Below the pieces are notes generated by a model that was given only the letters and a program-made list of their open reading frames with translations, had not been told where the DNA came from and ran no database searches. 64,000 nucleotides of DNA from Ktedonobacterales bacterium. GTDB lineage: Bacteria; Chloroflexota; Ktedonobacteria; Ktedonobacterales; Ktedonobacteraceae. Positions 8,476 to 17,816 of this stretch are shown here, piece by piece. How positions within the stretch are numbered: position 1 is the stretch's first letter; every line of letters starts with the position of its first letter. The position numbers and the translations under genes were made by a program. Location of the stretch: NCBI GenBank assembly GCA_027451525.1, contig DAIDJF010000022.1:3644-67643 (forward strand). The letters are read 5' to 3'.

Positions 8476-9072
8476 ATGGAAAAAAAGACGACGACACAGG
8501 GCAGAAGTTTTTTGCTGGCGAGCTTTTTTATGAGTATCGGCTTGCCTGGAATTGCGCACCGCTTAAACAAGCAGTCCGTTAACCCAAATGTGACAGCGGA
8601 GGAACACTCGAACCGCTTTCTACTGCAGGTGGTACAGCCTGGACTGGCGGGTCTGATGGATGGCTCTGTTTCCACGCTGGCCCCAATTTTCGCGACCGCG
8701 TTCGCTACACACCGCCCGTTTACCGCGTTCCTCGTTGGTATGGCGGCGGCAACTGGCGCGGGTATTAGCATGGCCTTTTCAGAGGCCCTTTCAGACGATG
8801 GCGTGCTGACTGGGCGTGGCAATCCTGTGCTACGTGGCACAATTACTGGTTTGATGACCTTCCTCGGTGGCGCAGGCCATACGCTGCCCTTCCTTATTCA
8901 GAATTTGCATACCGCCCTGATCGCAGCTTACGTCGTCGTGGCTATTGAACTGATCGTGATCGCGGCAATTCGTCATCGCTACTTTGGCACCAGTTGGGCC
9001 ATCTCCATCGGTCAGGTTGTTGGCGGCGGTATCCTGGTCTTCGCGGCTGGCCTGATCTTCGGAAGCGCGTAG
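8476..9072 (+). CDS. VIT1/CCC1-family (Fe/Mn) transporter
   Basis: [18 protein letters not shown]...[16 protein letters not shown]...[23 protein letters not shown] and a hydrophobic C-terminus are typical of the VIT family membrane domain. Confidence 0.7.
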   Translation: MEKKTTTQGRSFLLASFFMSIGLPGIAHRLNKQSVNPNVTAEEHSNRFLLQVVQPGLAGLMDGSVSTLAPIFATAFATHRPFTAFLVGMAAATGAGISMAFSEALSDDGVLTGRGNPVLRGTITGLMTFLGGAGHTLPFLIQNLHTALIAAYVVVAIELIVIAAIRHRYFGTSWAISIGQVVGGGILVFAAGLIFGSA

Positions 9073-9106
9073 ACCCAAAGAATTTTCGAGCTCTCTATTG
9101 CGTTGA

Positions 9107-9145
9107 GAACGGACGGGTAATCCTCTGAGGACTGCCCGTCCGTTC
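9107..9145 (+). terminator. Stem-loop after the VIT gene
   Basis: GAACGGACGGG (9107-9117) pairs perfectly with CCCGTCCGTTC (9135-9145). Followed by TTCAT, a weak U-run. Confidence 0.55.
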
Positions 9146-9252
9146 TTCATATGCCCATCCATCCCTTACACTCCGTTGCTTGCACTGTACAATTGTATCG
9201 TGTTGCGATATAATAAAAATATAGGCTGTGTAACAAATGGAGGGTACCTCGC

Positions 9253-11151
9253 TTGGATACCACGTTCTGGCAAAAATTTACTGCTGCAATGCGCGGGGAA
9301 GAGGTTAGCAAGCACCTGGGCGATTTCACGATGACGCCGCGTGTGCTGCTGATCTCGCTGATCGCGCTTGTCGTTGGCGCGCTGGCAAGCATCGTCGCGC
9401 TCATTTTATTGCGTTTGATTGGTCTGTTCACCAATCTGTTCTTCTTTCAACGCTGGGAGACCGCCCTTATTTCGCCCGCTGGCAACCATTTAGGGATGTT
9501 TGTCATTTTGGTTCCCATCATTGGCGCGCTGATTGTTGGTCTGATGGCGCGTTTCGGCTCGGAGCGGATTCGCGGGCACGGCATACCAGAGGCAATTGAG
9601 GCGATTTTGATGCGTGGCAGCCGCGTTGAACCGCGTGTGACGCTGCTCAAACCGCTCTCGTCCGCTATCTCAATTGGTTCGGGTGGACCATTTGGCGCGG
9701 AAGGGCCAATTATTGTCACGGGCGGCGCGCTCGGCTCGCTAATCGCGCAATTCTTCCACCTCTCGAACGCGGAGCGCAAAACGCTGCTGGTAGCTGGTGC
9801 GGCTGCTGGAATGGCCGCCACGTTTGCCGCGCCCATCTCTTCGGTGCTGCTGGCTGTTGAAATTCTGCTCTTTGAGTGGAAACCGCGCAGCTTAATTCCC
9901 GTCGCGCTGGCGAGCGCGACCGCCGCGATTCTGCGCTACTACCTGCTTGGAGCGGGACCCCTCTTTCCCGTGCCACCGCATGTCGCGTTCATCGGTCCCA
10001 TCGGCTTTCTTGGCTGCGTGCTGGTTGGCCTGCTGGCGGCAGGTGTGGCAACCATCTTGACCCTGGCGGTCTATTCAATGGAAGATTTGTACCGCAAACT
10101 GCCCATCCATTGGATGTGGTGGCCCGCGCTTGGTGGACTGGTGGTCGGCATTGGCGGCTACTTCTTCCCGCAAGCACTCGGCGTGGGCTACGACGTGATT
10201 GCTAGCTTGTTGCAGGGCCACGCGCTGCTGGGTCTGCTGCTCGGCATTTTGATTGTCAAGTCGATCATCTGGTCGGTCTCGCTCGGCTCCGGCACGTCGG
10301 GCGGTATCCTGGCTCCGTTGCTGCTGATTGGTGGCGCGCTTGGCGGTGTGCTTGGCTCGTTCCTGCCTTTTGAGGGGGCTGGCTTCTGGTCGCTTATCTG
10401 TATGGCTGCCGTGCTGGGCGGTGCAATGCGTGCTCCCCTGACCGCGATCATTTTCACTCTGGAACTGACACACGATTTTAATGCCGCGTTACCGCTTCTA
10501 ATCGCAGTCATTGTCGCATATGCCTGTACTGTGCTTGTACTGCGTCGCTCGATTTTGACCGAGAAGATCGCGCGTCGTGGTTACCATCTCAGTAGCGAAT
10601 ACGCCACCGACCCGCTGGAAATCCTGTTTGTGCGCGAGGTGATGCGCACCAATGTCGTCGCACTGCCCGCATCCACCACGCTTAGCGATGTGAAGCCGCT
10701 GCTTGATGGCAATCGTGCCCCTCGTATGCAACGCCTCTTTCCAGTGCTGGATGATGAGAAACATCTTGTAGGCGTGGTGACGCGCAACGATCTGAGCCAG
10801 CTTTTAGAAAATGCGCAGAAAAGTGGTCGTGTCGAACAGAGCGTGCATATTACAGAAATCACCGCCAAACCCATTGTAGCCTATCCAGATGAGCCGTTGC
10901 GCAGTGCCGTCTATCGGATGGCGGAGACGGGTTTTACGCGCTTCCCCGTCGTCAAACGCGACCATCCTGAGCAGTTGCTGGGCATCGTTGCGCTCAATGA
11001 CCTGCTTACAGCACGCAAACGCAACCTGAGCGAGGAACGCGAGCGCGAGCGTGTGCTCAAAATGCGCCTGCTCTTCCCACAACATCGGAAGACAGTAGCG
11101 ATCACCATGCCTATTGAAGAACAAAACGAGGATAAAATGACAAAGGTGTAG
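9253..11151 (+). CDS. ClC-family chloride channel/antiporter with C-terminal CBS pair
   Basis: ClC motifs GSGGPFGAEGPII, GGILAP, GHGIPE, more than 10 TM helices and two CBS-like repeats at the C-terminus. TTG start 9253 sits 8 nt after GGAGGG. An ATG at 9289 is the alternative start. Confidence 0.85.
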   Translation: MDTTFWQKFTAAMRGEEVSKHLGDFTMTPRVLLISLIALVVGALASIVALILLRLIGLFTNLFFFQRWETALISPAGNHLGMFVILVPIIGALIVGLMARFGSERIRGHGIPEAIEAILMRGSRVEPRVTLLKPLSSAISIGSGGPFGAEGPIIVTGGALGSLIAQFFHLSNAERKTLLVAGAAAGMAATFAAPISSVLLAVEILLFEWKPRSLIPVALASATAAILRYYLLGAGPLFPVPPHVAFIGPIGFLGCVLVGLLAAGVATILTLAVYSMEDLYRKLPIHWMWWPALGGLVVGIGGYFFPQALGVGYDVIASLLQGHALLGLLLGILIVKSIIWSVSLGSGTSGGILAPLLLIGGALGGVLGSFLPFEGAGFWSLICMAAVLGGAMRAPLTAIIFTLELTHDFNAALPLLIAVIVAYACTVLVLRRSILTEKIARRGYHLSSEYATDPLEILFVREVMRTNVVALPASTTLSDVKPLLDGNRAPRMQRLFPVLDDEKHLVGVVTRNDLSQLLENAQKSGRVEQSVHITEITAKPIVAYPDEPLRSAVYRMAETGFTRFPVVKRDHPEQLLGIVALNDLLTARKRNLSEERERERVLKMRLLFPQHRKTVAITMPIEEQNEDKMTKV

Positions 11152-11239
11152 GGGCGTGATTCCATCACGCCCTCGTCCCCGTCACACCGCTCCACGGGCC
11201 GATCTGTGCGTAAAAGGGCGTGATAAATCACGCCCCTAC
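11148..11239. repeat. Two palindromic GGGCGTGAT-nn-ATCACGCCC units
   Basis: GTAGGGGCGTGATTCCATCACGCCC (11148-) and GGGCGTGATAAATCACGCCCCTAC (11216-11239). The first unit contains the ClC stop codon TAG 11149-11151. Confidence 0.85.
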
Positions 11240-11300
11240 GCACCATGTGATTGCCATTTTCATGCGCTATACGTGATGAAGCGGTCAACACACATATTTG

Positions 11301-11618
11301 TTATTCTTCGGGCAGGCTAATCAGGATGGTCTGTCCGTCAATTTTGACAGGATAGGTTAAGACCTCCTGGCGGGCGGGGCCGCGTAGCACCTTGCCCGTG
11401 CGCACATCGAATTGTGCCAGATGCCAGGGGCAGGTCAGCACGCAGCCGCTCAATTCGCCATCGCTGAGTGGGCCGCTGATGTGCGTGCAGTTATCGGTAA
11501 AGGCGTAGATGGTCCCATCCACATTGGCGAGGCAGACGGGTTCGCCATCGACCTCAAAGGCGCGCAAGCTCCCCACGGGAACCTCGTCCAGTTCCGCAAC
11601 TTTCAGAAATTCGCTCAT
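11301..11618 (-). CDS. Rieske [2Fe-2S] ferredoxin
   Basis: CTHISGPL...CPWHLAQF (CxH...CxxH Rieske ligands), 105 aa. Confidence 0.85.
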   Translation of the reverse strand: MSEFLKVAELDEVPVGSLRAFEVDGEPVCLANVDGTIYAFTDNCTHISGPLSDGELSGCVLTCPWHLAQFDVRTGKVLRGPARQEVLTYPVKIDGQTILISLPEE

Positions 11619-11648
11619 ACGCTCTCATACCCTATGTAATTTGTTCTA

Positions 11649-12380
11649 CTACAGGCGCGTCACGGGCAGAATGACGCCGCTCACGCCGCTGCTTGCTGGC
11701 GAGACCAGGAAAAGTGCCGCTTCAGCCAATTGTTCCAGGCTCACCCACTTCTGCTCTATCTCATCCTGTGAGGGCTTCATATCGTCCAGGTTTGATTGCG
11801 TGACCAGCAGACCAGGACCAAGCGCGTTGACGCGAATGCCCAAGGCTTTGCCCTCTTTGGCGAAGGTGCGTGTCAGGGCATCAATACCAGCTTTAGCGCA
11901 GTTATAGGCCAGCATGTTGGGGCCAGAACCTTCGATGCCACCCGCGCGGCTGAAATTGAGGATGTTGCCACTGCCTTGTTTGCGCATCACGGGCCAGACG
12001 GCGCGTATACACAGGAACGCCGAGCGCAGGTTGTTATTTAGCTCGGACTCCCAATCGGCCAGCGTCAATTCATCCGAGGGGCCGTATTTCGTGAGGCCAC
12101 CCGCGAGATTGACCAGGATGTCGATGCGCTCATATGCTCCGAGCGTCTGCGCGATCAAGTCTTTTGTTCCCTCTTCGCTCGTGAGGTCCGCCGCGATGGG
12201 CAGCACCATCTTCGCTCCTTGCGCGCGTAACTCCTGTGCGCGTGCCTGTACGCGCTCCGCGCTGCGTGCGGCAATCGCCAGATCGGCTCCTTCACGCGCA
12301 AAGGCTTTTGCCAGCGCGAAGCCTGCCTGTCCCGCCTGACTGACACCCGTGATGACGGCTACCTTTCCCTGTAAACGCAT
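11649..12380 (-). CDS. SDR-family oxidoreductase
   Basis: VAVITGVSQAGQAGFALA nucleotide-binding turn and YNCAK catalytic motif. Its start abuts the sufU stop. Confidence 0.8.
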   Translation of the reverse strand: MRLQGKVAVITGVSQAGQAGFALAKAFAREGADLAIAARSAERVQARAQELRAQGAKMVLPIAADLTSEEGTKDLIAQTLGAYERIDILVNLAGGLTKYGPSDELTLADWESELNNNLRSAFLCIRAVWPVMRKQGSGNILNFSRAGGIEGSGPNMLAYNCAKAGIDALTRTFAKEGKALGIRVNALGPGLLVTQSNLDDMKPSQDEIEQKWVSLEQLAEAALFLVSPASSGVSGVILPVTRL

Positions 12381-12779
12381 TTATTCGTCCTCGTCTCTAG
12401 AAACCGTCTCCAAACCCGCGATTGCCAGGCCGCGATGCAGGACACGTAGTGAGAGAAACGCGCATTTGGTACGTGCAGGACTGATCGGCACGCCTAATGC
12501 CTCTAAGACATCATCTTTCCCTAACGCGATCACCTCTTCAAGTGTTTTGCCTTCGATCATCTCCGAAAGCATCGAGGCTGCGGCCTGACTGATTGCACAA
12601 CCGCGCCCACGAAAGCGTACCTCAGTGACGAGATCGCCATCGACTTTCAGGTCCATCGCAAGCTGGTCGCCGCACAGTGGATTCGAGTCCTCCGAATGCA
12701 CATCTGGCTTTTCAATCGTGCCATAGTTGCGCGGGTTGCGATAATGTTCCAATATGTATTCGCGATAATCCATTGACAT
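12381..12779 (-). CDS. sufU: SUF Fe-S cluster scaffold/sulfur-transfer protein SufU (NifU/IscU-like)
   Basis: NPLCGDQLAMDLKV...GRGCAISQAAASMLSEMIEGKT...C motifs. Confidence 0.88.
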   Translation of the reverse strand: MSMDYREYILEHYRNPRNYGTIEKPDVHSEDSNPLCGDQLAMDLKVDGDLVTEVRFRGRGCAISQAAASMLSEMIEGKTLEEVIALGKDDVLEALGVPISPARTKCAFLSLRVLHRGLAIAGLETVSRDEDE

Positions 12780-12859
12780 AGGTACACCTACCTCTTATTA
12801 TATGCCGCCCTTTTCATACGGGCAATTGCGCCAATGCGCCCCGAATACTACGTTGTATC

Positions 12860-14185
12860 TTAAAAGCTAAAGATTTGGCGGGCCTTATGCAAGCCTTGCA
12901 CGAGGGTGTCAATCTCTTCCTTCATAGTATACACGTAAAAGCTGGCCCGTGCAGTAGCGGCAAGGTTGTAGCGTTCCATCAATGGTTGCGCGCAGTGATG
13001 ACCGGCGCGAACTGAGACGCCCACTTCCTGATCGAGAATGGAGGCAAGGTCATGCGGGTGGATATCGCCGAGCGTGAACGAGACGACGCCGCCGCGTTTC
13101 TCGGCCTCTGGTCCGTAGATCATCAGTTCCGGCACTGTGCGCAATTGTTCCATCGCATAGGCAGTCAGTTCCTGTTCGTGCCGTTGCACCTGCTCCATCC
13201 CTAGCGCGTTTAGATAATCGACCGCCGCTCCCAAGCCAATCGCCTCGGCGACGGCGGGTGTACCAGCTTCAAACTTCCAGGGCAGATCGTTCCACGTGGA
13301 CTCGCGCAACTTGACGGTGCGAATCATATCGCCGCCGCCCATGAATGGGGGCATCGCCTCTAGCAGGTCACGTTTGCCATAGAGGACGCCGATCCCTGTT
13401 GGGCCAAGCATCTTGTGGCCGCTGAAACACAGGAAATCTACGTCGAGGGCCTGGACATCGACGGGCAGGTGGGGCACACTCTGCGCACCATCGACCAGCA
13501 CGGTCGCTCCCGCTGCGTGCGCCTGCGCGATCATCTGCTGCGCGGGGTTAATTGTGCCCAGTACATTAGACATGTGTGTAAAGGCCACGAGTTTCGGCTG
13601 CTGCTTGAGCAGTTCCTCATAGATATCAAGACGCAGCAGGCCGTCATCGGTCACGGGGACAAATTCCAGACGTGCGCCCGTGCGCGCGGCGAGCAGTTGC
13701 CAGGGAACAAGGTTGCTATGATGCTCCATCTCTGTTGTGATGATGAGATCACCAGCGTGAATATTGGCATTGCCCCAGCTATAGGCGACCAGATTGATGC
13801 TCTCAGTCGCGTTGCGTGTGAAAATTATCTGCTTGCTCTGGCGCGCATTGATGAAACGGGCTGTCTTGACGCGCGCGCGTTCCATTGCCGCTGTTGCCTC
13901 TTCGCTAATATGATAGACGCCGCGATGCACATTGGCATTATAGGTCTGGTAATAGATGCTCATGGCGTCAATGACTGATTGTGGTTTTTGCGAGCTTGCT
14001 GTACTATCGAGGTAGACCAGTGGCTTTCCGTGTACCTGCTCTTTGAGGATGGGGAAGTCATTGCGAATATCTGCGATGGTGGGGGACGACGGACGCGATA
14101 AATCGGCCTGCGGACGCGATAAATCGGTCCCTACAACATGTGCGTCCTTGCTCTGCTCTGCGTGATTATGTGCGGTCGTTGTCAT
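12860..14185 (-). CDS. sufS: Cysteine desulfurase SufS
   Basis: Class-V aminotransferase/SufS motifs (FSGHKMLGPTGIGVLYG, RAGHHCAQPL). Start set at ATG 14185 behind GGAAGGAAA. The N-terminal ~45 aa is an extension containing a translated repeat. Confidence 0.88.
   Translation of the reverse strand: MTTTAHNHAEQSKDAHVVGTDLSRPQADLSRPSSPTIADIRNDFPILKEQVHGKPLVYLDSTASSQKPQSVIDAMSIYYQTYNANVHRGVYHISEEATAAMERARVKTARFINARQSKQIIFTRNATESINLVAYSWGNANIHAGDLIITTEMEHHSNLVPWQLLAARTGARLEFVPVTDDGLLRLDIYEELLKQQPKLVAFTHMSNVLGTINPAQQMIAQAHAAGATVLVDGAQSVPHLPVDVQALDVDFLCFSGHKMLGPTGIGVLYGKRDLLEAMPPFMGGGDMIRTVKLRESTWNDLPWKFEAGTPAVAEAIGLGAAVDYLNALGMEQVQRHEQELTAYAMEQLRTVPELMIYGPEAEKRGGVVSFTLGDIHPHDLASILDQEVGVSVRAGHHCAQPLMERYNLAATARASFYVYTMKEEIDTLVQGLHKARQIFSF
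14091..14134. repeat. Tandem GGACGCGATAAATCGG(TCCCTAC) units inside the sufS 5' coding region
   Basis: GGACGCGATAAATCGG at 14091 and GGACGCGATAAATCGGTCCCTAC at 14112. Related copies at 44188 and 49353. Read in the sufS frame they give DLSRPQADLSRP. Confidence 0.8.
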
Positions 14186-14306
14186 AAATTTCCTTCCCAC
14201 CCGATAAATGATTGTCGCACGTGTGGAATGCATGTGCGAACGGGCAATGTGCTTGGATGGATGCTGGTTTGCAGGCAAGGAGTGCAGAGCAGGGGCAATG
14301 TGTGCA

Positions 14307-14391
14307 GGGCGGGGGCAAGCCCCGCCCCTACAATGATACGATACGTGTGTTGCCCCGTGTCATTGTAGGGGCGACCCTTGCGGTCGCCCTG
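14307..14391. repeat. Composite palindromic repeat within the suf operon (sufD-sufS spacer)
   Basis: GGGCGGGGGCAAGCCCCGCCCCTACAATGA...GTCATTGTAGGGGCGACCCTTGCGGTCGCCCTG. Confidence 0.85.
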
Positions 14392-14444
14392 CCTTGTCCC
14401 GCCTGTCCACTCCCTGTCCCATTAGCGCATTCCACACAATATTT

Positions 14445-15899
14445 TTAATATTCGGCGAGTTTGATCTCGTCGTCGTTGGGGTTGCCATCCAGATGGATTG
14501 CGCCCTCGTCAACGCCCTCGATCTCCCAGCGTTCTTGCGCGTCAACCCAGGTATCCGCCTCGGTCTCATACTCGCCACGCATACGGCGCACGATGCTACG
14601 GCGCAGGCGCGCACGCAGGTTTTCTAGCGGGATGCGCTGCAGGACAGGCTCGAAGAAGCCCTGCACAATGATCCGCTCGGCCTCTTCACGGGCAATGCCG
14701 CGCACCATCAGGTAGAAGAGCTGTTCCTCATCGATCTGTCCAGTGGTCGCGCCGTGACTGGCACTGACCTCGTTCGCGGCGATCTCCAGGCCAGGGATGA
14801 ACTCGGCACGCGCCTTCTTGCTCAACAGCAGGCCATGCGCCGAGAGGAACGAAGCTGTCTGCTGCGCCCCTGGCTCGATGCGAATCATGCCGTCAAACTC
14901 GACACGTGACTCATCGGTCAACACGCCTTTGACCATCGTTTCCGCGTTGGTCGAAAGCGCGTTATGATGCGAGAGCGTGTTGATGGCGAAACGCTGGTCA
15001 TGGTCGGTGAAGAAGACACCGACCAGTTCGCCCGCGCTGCCGTTACCGCCCAGACCCGCGCCAATCGTCTCATGCATGACCTTCGCGCCCAGATCGGCAA
15101 CCACAAAGGTCGCGCTGCCATCCTTCGCAAAGAGCGCGTTCTTATTCGTGATATGCCAGACGTTCTGGCCCAGGTCTTGCAGGTTGCTGAACTCGACACG
15201 CGCCGCGTTCTGCGCGTAGACCTCGACGACATCGCTAAGGAACGCGCTCTGCTCGTGTGCCACGCCAGAGGTGTATTCCTCGACGAAACGCACGCTGCTC
15301 AGCTCTTCCGCGATAATCAGCGTGTGCGTGAAGGTTGCCGCAGCGGAGGCATCAAGCCAGACCTGTGCCAGCAGCGGAGCCTCGATCTCAACCCCCTTCG
15401 GGATATAGAGGAAGAAGCCGCCGCTCCAAAAGGCCGCGTGCAAAGCGGTATATTTGCTCTGCGCGACGGGCACACATTCGGTCATAAAGTATTGCTGTAC
15501 CAGTTCTGGATGCTCGCGCACAGCAGTATCCAGATCACTCAGAATGACGCCTTGCTGCTTGAGTTCCTCGCTCAATTCGGTATGTACGACCGAGGCGTTG
15601 TGCTGCACGATCAGGCCAGACCGCTCATTGACGAGGGCGTTTTGCAGCGATTGCTGGATAGAAACAGGCAGTGCCTCACTGCGCGTGCTGGGCACAAAGG
15701 GCTGCAACTGCTGAAAGTTGAAATTTGAGAATGTGCGCAACGTGCCCAGATCGCCGCGTCTTCCCAGTGGGACAGGAGTCTGCTCATAGCGTTCCCAGGC
15801 ATCCAGGCGTTTCTGAAGCATCCACTCCGGCTCACCTTTGAAGCGCGATAGCTCGATGACGGCGTCGCGGGAGAAGCCAGGAGCCGAAACGTTAAGCAT
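14445..15899 (-). CDS. sufD: Fe-S cluster assembly protein SufD (SufB/D family)
   Basis: C-terminal [32 protein letters not shown] is closer to the SufD (SHGAT) than the SufB (EHEA) signature. ATG 15899 lies 2 nt after the sufC stop. Confidence 0.75.
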   Translation of the reverse strand: MLNVSAPGFSRDAVIELSRFKGEPEWMLQKRLDAWERYEQTPVPLGRRGDLGTLRTFSNFNFQQLQPFVPSTRSEALPVSIQQSLQNALVNERSGLIVQHNASVVHTELSEELKQQGVILSDLDTAVREHPELVQQYFMTECVPVAQSKYTALHAAFWSGGFFLYIPKGVEIEAPLLAQVWLDASAAATFTHTLIIAEELSSVRFVEEYTSGVAHEQSAFLSDVVEVYAQNAARVEFSNLQDLGQNVWHITNKNALFAKDGSATFVVADLGAKVMHETIGAGLGGNGSAGELVGVFFTDHDQRFAINTLSHHNALSTNAETMVKGVLTDESRVEFDGMIRIEPGAQQTASFLSAHGLLLSKKARAEFIPGLEIAANEVSASHGATTGQIDEEQLFYLMVRGIAREEAERIIVQGFFEPVLQRIPLENLRARLRRSIVRRMRGEYETEADTWVDAQERWEIEGVDEGAIHLDGNPNDDEIKLAEY

Positions 15900-16716
15900 T
15901 GACCATCTCCCCGTTTTCGCTATCTTCGGGCTTGAGCCACTCATAGCCCTTCTCCTCAAGTTCCAGAGCCAGTTCTTTGCCGCCGGACTTGATGATACGA
16001 CCGTTAAACATCACGTGCACGTAATCAGGCGTGATATAGTTGAGCATACGCTGATAGTGCGTGATAAGCAGAACGCCCAGGTTGGGGCCAGTCAGCGCGT
16101 TGACACTCTCCGAGACGATCTTGAGGGCGTCGATATCAAGGCCAGAATCGGTCTCGTCCATCAGGGCGATTTCAGGCTCCAGCAGGGCCATCTGCAAGAT
16201 TTCGGCGCGTTTCTTTTCGCCGCCGGAGAAACCGTCATTGATCGAGCGGTTAATAAAGCTATTATCGACCTTGAGCAGTTTCATCTTGGCTTGCAAGAGT
16301 TTGCGGAACTCGCCGGGGGGGATAGTCTTGCGCTTCCCCATGCGTCCAGTGGGATTATCACCCTCTTCTAACGGCTTATTGCCCTCGCGCACGGCTTCGA
16401 GTGAGCGGCGCAAGAAGTTCGCGACACTGACGCCCGGGATGGACATTGGATATTGAAACGCGAGGAAGAGGCGCATACGCGCGCGGCGGTCGGGGGAATA
16501 TTCGAGGATGTTCTCGCCCTTAAACCAGATTTCTCCATCGGTGACTTCATATTTGGGGTTGCCCATGATGACGTTCGCCAGCGTGCTTTTGCCGGAGCCA
16601 TTAGGTCCCATCAGGGCATGGATTTCGCCCTGTTTGACGACGAGGTCCACACCACGTAATATCGGCTTGCCTTCAATATTGGCATGCAAGTTTTTGATTA
16701 TCAGTTCTGATCCCAT
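15892..16716 (-). CDS. sufC: Fe-S cluster assembly ATPase SufC
   Basis: Walker [10 protein letters not shown], signature FSGGEKKR, Walker [12 protein letters not shown]. Start at ATG 16716 behind AAGGAAGG. Confidence 0.9.
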   Translation of the reverse strand: MGSELIIKNLHANIEGKPILRGVDLVVKQGEIHALMGPNGSGKSTLANVIMGNPKYEVTDGEIWFKGENILEYSPDRRARMRLFLAFQYPMSIPGVSVANFLRRSLEAVREGNKPLEEGDNPTGRMGKRKTIPPGEFRKLLQAKMKLLKVDNSFINRSINDGFSGGEKKRAEILQMALLEPEIALMDETDSGLDIDALKIVSESVNALTGPNLGVLLITHYQRMLNYITPDYVHVMFNGRIIKSGGKELALELEEKGYEWLKPEDSENGEMVNA

Positions 16717-16753
16717 AGCCAGAAACGTACCTTCCTTAAAGTAGCTCTTTCCT

Positions 16754-17338
16754 TTATTTAGACAAAGGGCGAAATCCTGTCTCGGACTCACCATCTTTGG
16801 GTATGTAGTACCCGCCAGAGATTGGGCCTACATGTATATCGGAGAGTGCAATAAACTGATTGTGGGTAGCAACAGGAAATGCTTGCTGCTCGCCCTGTGC
16901 TTGTGCGGCTTCCCGTGATGATTCGCGGGCAAGGTCAGCGAGGGTCATCGTATCGAGGGTGTGCGCCACAACATCACGCACTTTCGTCCAGAGATATTTG
17001 GTTTTGCAGGCATCGAGGAAGCCACAGACCTGAGCCATTTCGCCCTCGGTCGCGCAAATCATAGGTGCAATGGGGCCTTCCAGAACGCGCACGATCTCGC
17101 CCATCGTGATCTGTGCCGGGTCGCGACTCAGCCGATAGCCCCCGTGTGCGCCGCGTGTGCTGGAAACGAGCGGGGGTTCAGCTTCACGGAGAAGTTTGAC
17201 CAGTTGCTCAAGATATGCCAGCGGCAGCATTTCTGCCTGCGAGATGTCGGTTAGTGAGCGGGGACGTTCACCGTAGTGACGAGCGAGATCGACCATGATT
17301 CGCACGCCATACTCACCCTTGGTAGAAACACGTAACAT
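16754..17338 (-). CDS. Rrf2-family transcriptional regulator (IscR/SufR-like) with C-terminal extension
   Basis: [22 protein letters not shown]... Rrf2 HTH and a Cys cluster [17 protein letters not shown]. First gene of the suf operon. Confidence 0.85.
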   Translation of the reverse strand: MLRVSTKGEYGVRIMVDLARHYGERPRSLTDISQAEMLPLAYLEQLVKLLREAEPPLVSSTRGAHGGYRLSRDPAQITMGEIVRVLEGPIAPMICATEGEMAQVCGFLDACKTKYLWTKVRDVVAHTLDTMTLADLARESSREAAQAQGEQQAFPVATHNQFIALSDIHVGPISGGYYIPKDGESETGFRPLSK

Positions 17339-17624
17339 TCACGGCCTCTCCCTTCTCATCAAAATTGTCGGGTTCATGCGTCGTCAGAACGGGACCTGTA
17401 TGTCTCGTTAATCCGACCTTTTAACTAGGATATATTGTAGCACATGCCTACCAGGAACGCAACTGGCAGCACAAACCCAGCATTTTTCGCTCGATTAGCC
17501 CCAGAAGCCCGTACAGCACAAAGAGCCATAAAGGTTTTTCATCCTTTATAGCCCTTTTTTTGCCCTATTTTTTGCCATTTTTTTGGCAGATAGTAGCACT
17601 TGCAAATACCGATGCACATGCTAT

Positions 17625-17786
17625 TGCTCTGTCAACGTTCATTCCAACCGTTTGAGAGGAGCAAGGGCGTGATGATGGCATTGAAAAATTGAATCCGCAT
17701 CCGTCATGGGATGCGTAGTGCTCTGTCAAGTGCCATTAGACACGTTTTGGGTGTGGGGGCAGGGCGTGATAAATCACGCCCTGCCC
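17625..17786. repeat. Two copies of the TGCTCTGTCAA...GGGCGTGAT repeat module
   Basis: TGCTCTGTCAACGTTCATT...GGGCGTGATGA (17625-) and TGCTCTGTCAAGTGCCATT...CAGGGCGTGATAAATCACGCCCTGCCCC (17719-17786). Same module as at 19201 and 26943. Confidence 0.8.
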
Positions 17787-17816
17787 CTCTTCACAACGAA
17801 GTGTCCCGCCTTTTAG

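Noticed and set aside
8406-8840. 144-aa minus-strand ORF overlapping the VIT gene
   Set aside because: It is antisense to a gene with clear VIT-family motifs and carries no independent signals.
9073-9252. Possible fluoride (crcB) riboswitch upstream of the ClC gene
   Set aside because: I found no match to the conserved fluoride-aptamer core (GGnGAnGG...CCnCC...GAUGAUGCCUAC-like). The channel also carries CBS domains, unlike ClC-F exporters.
17339-17460. Rrf2/IscR-type operator upstream of the suf regulator gene
   Set aside because: Sequences vaguely like IscR half-sites (TAGTTAAAAGGTCGGATT, CCCGACAATTTTGATGAG on the minus strand) are present. I could not define a convincing palindrome or consensus match, so this is too weak to annotate.
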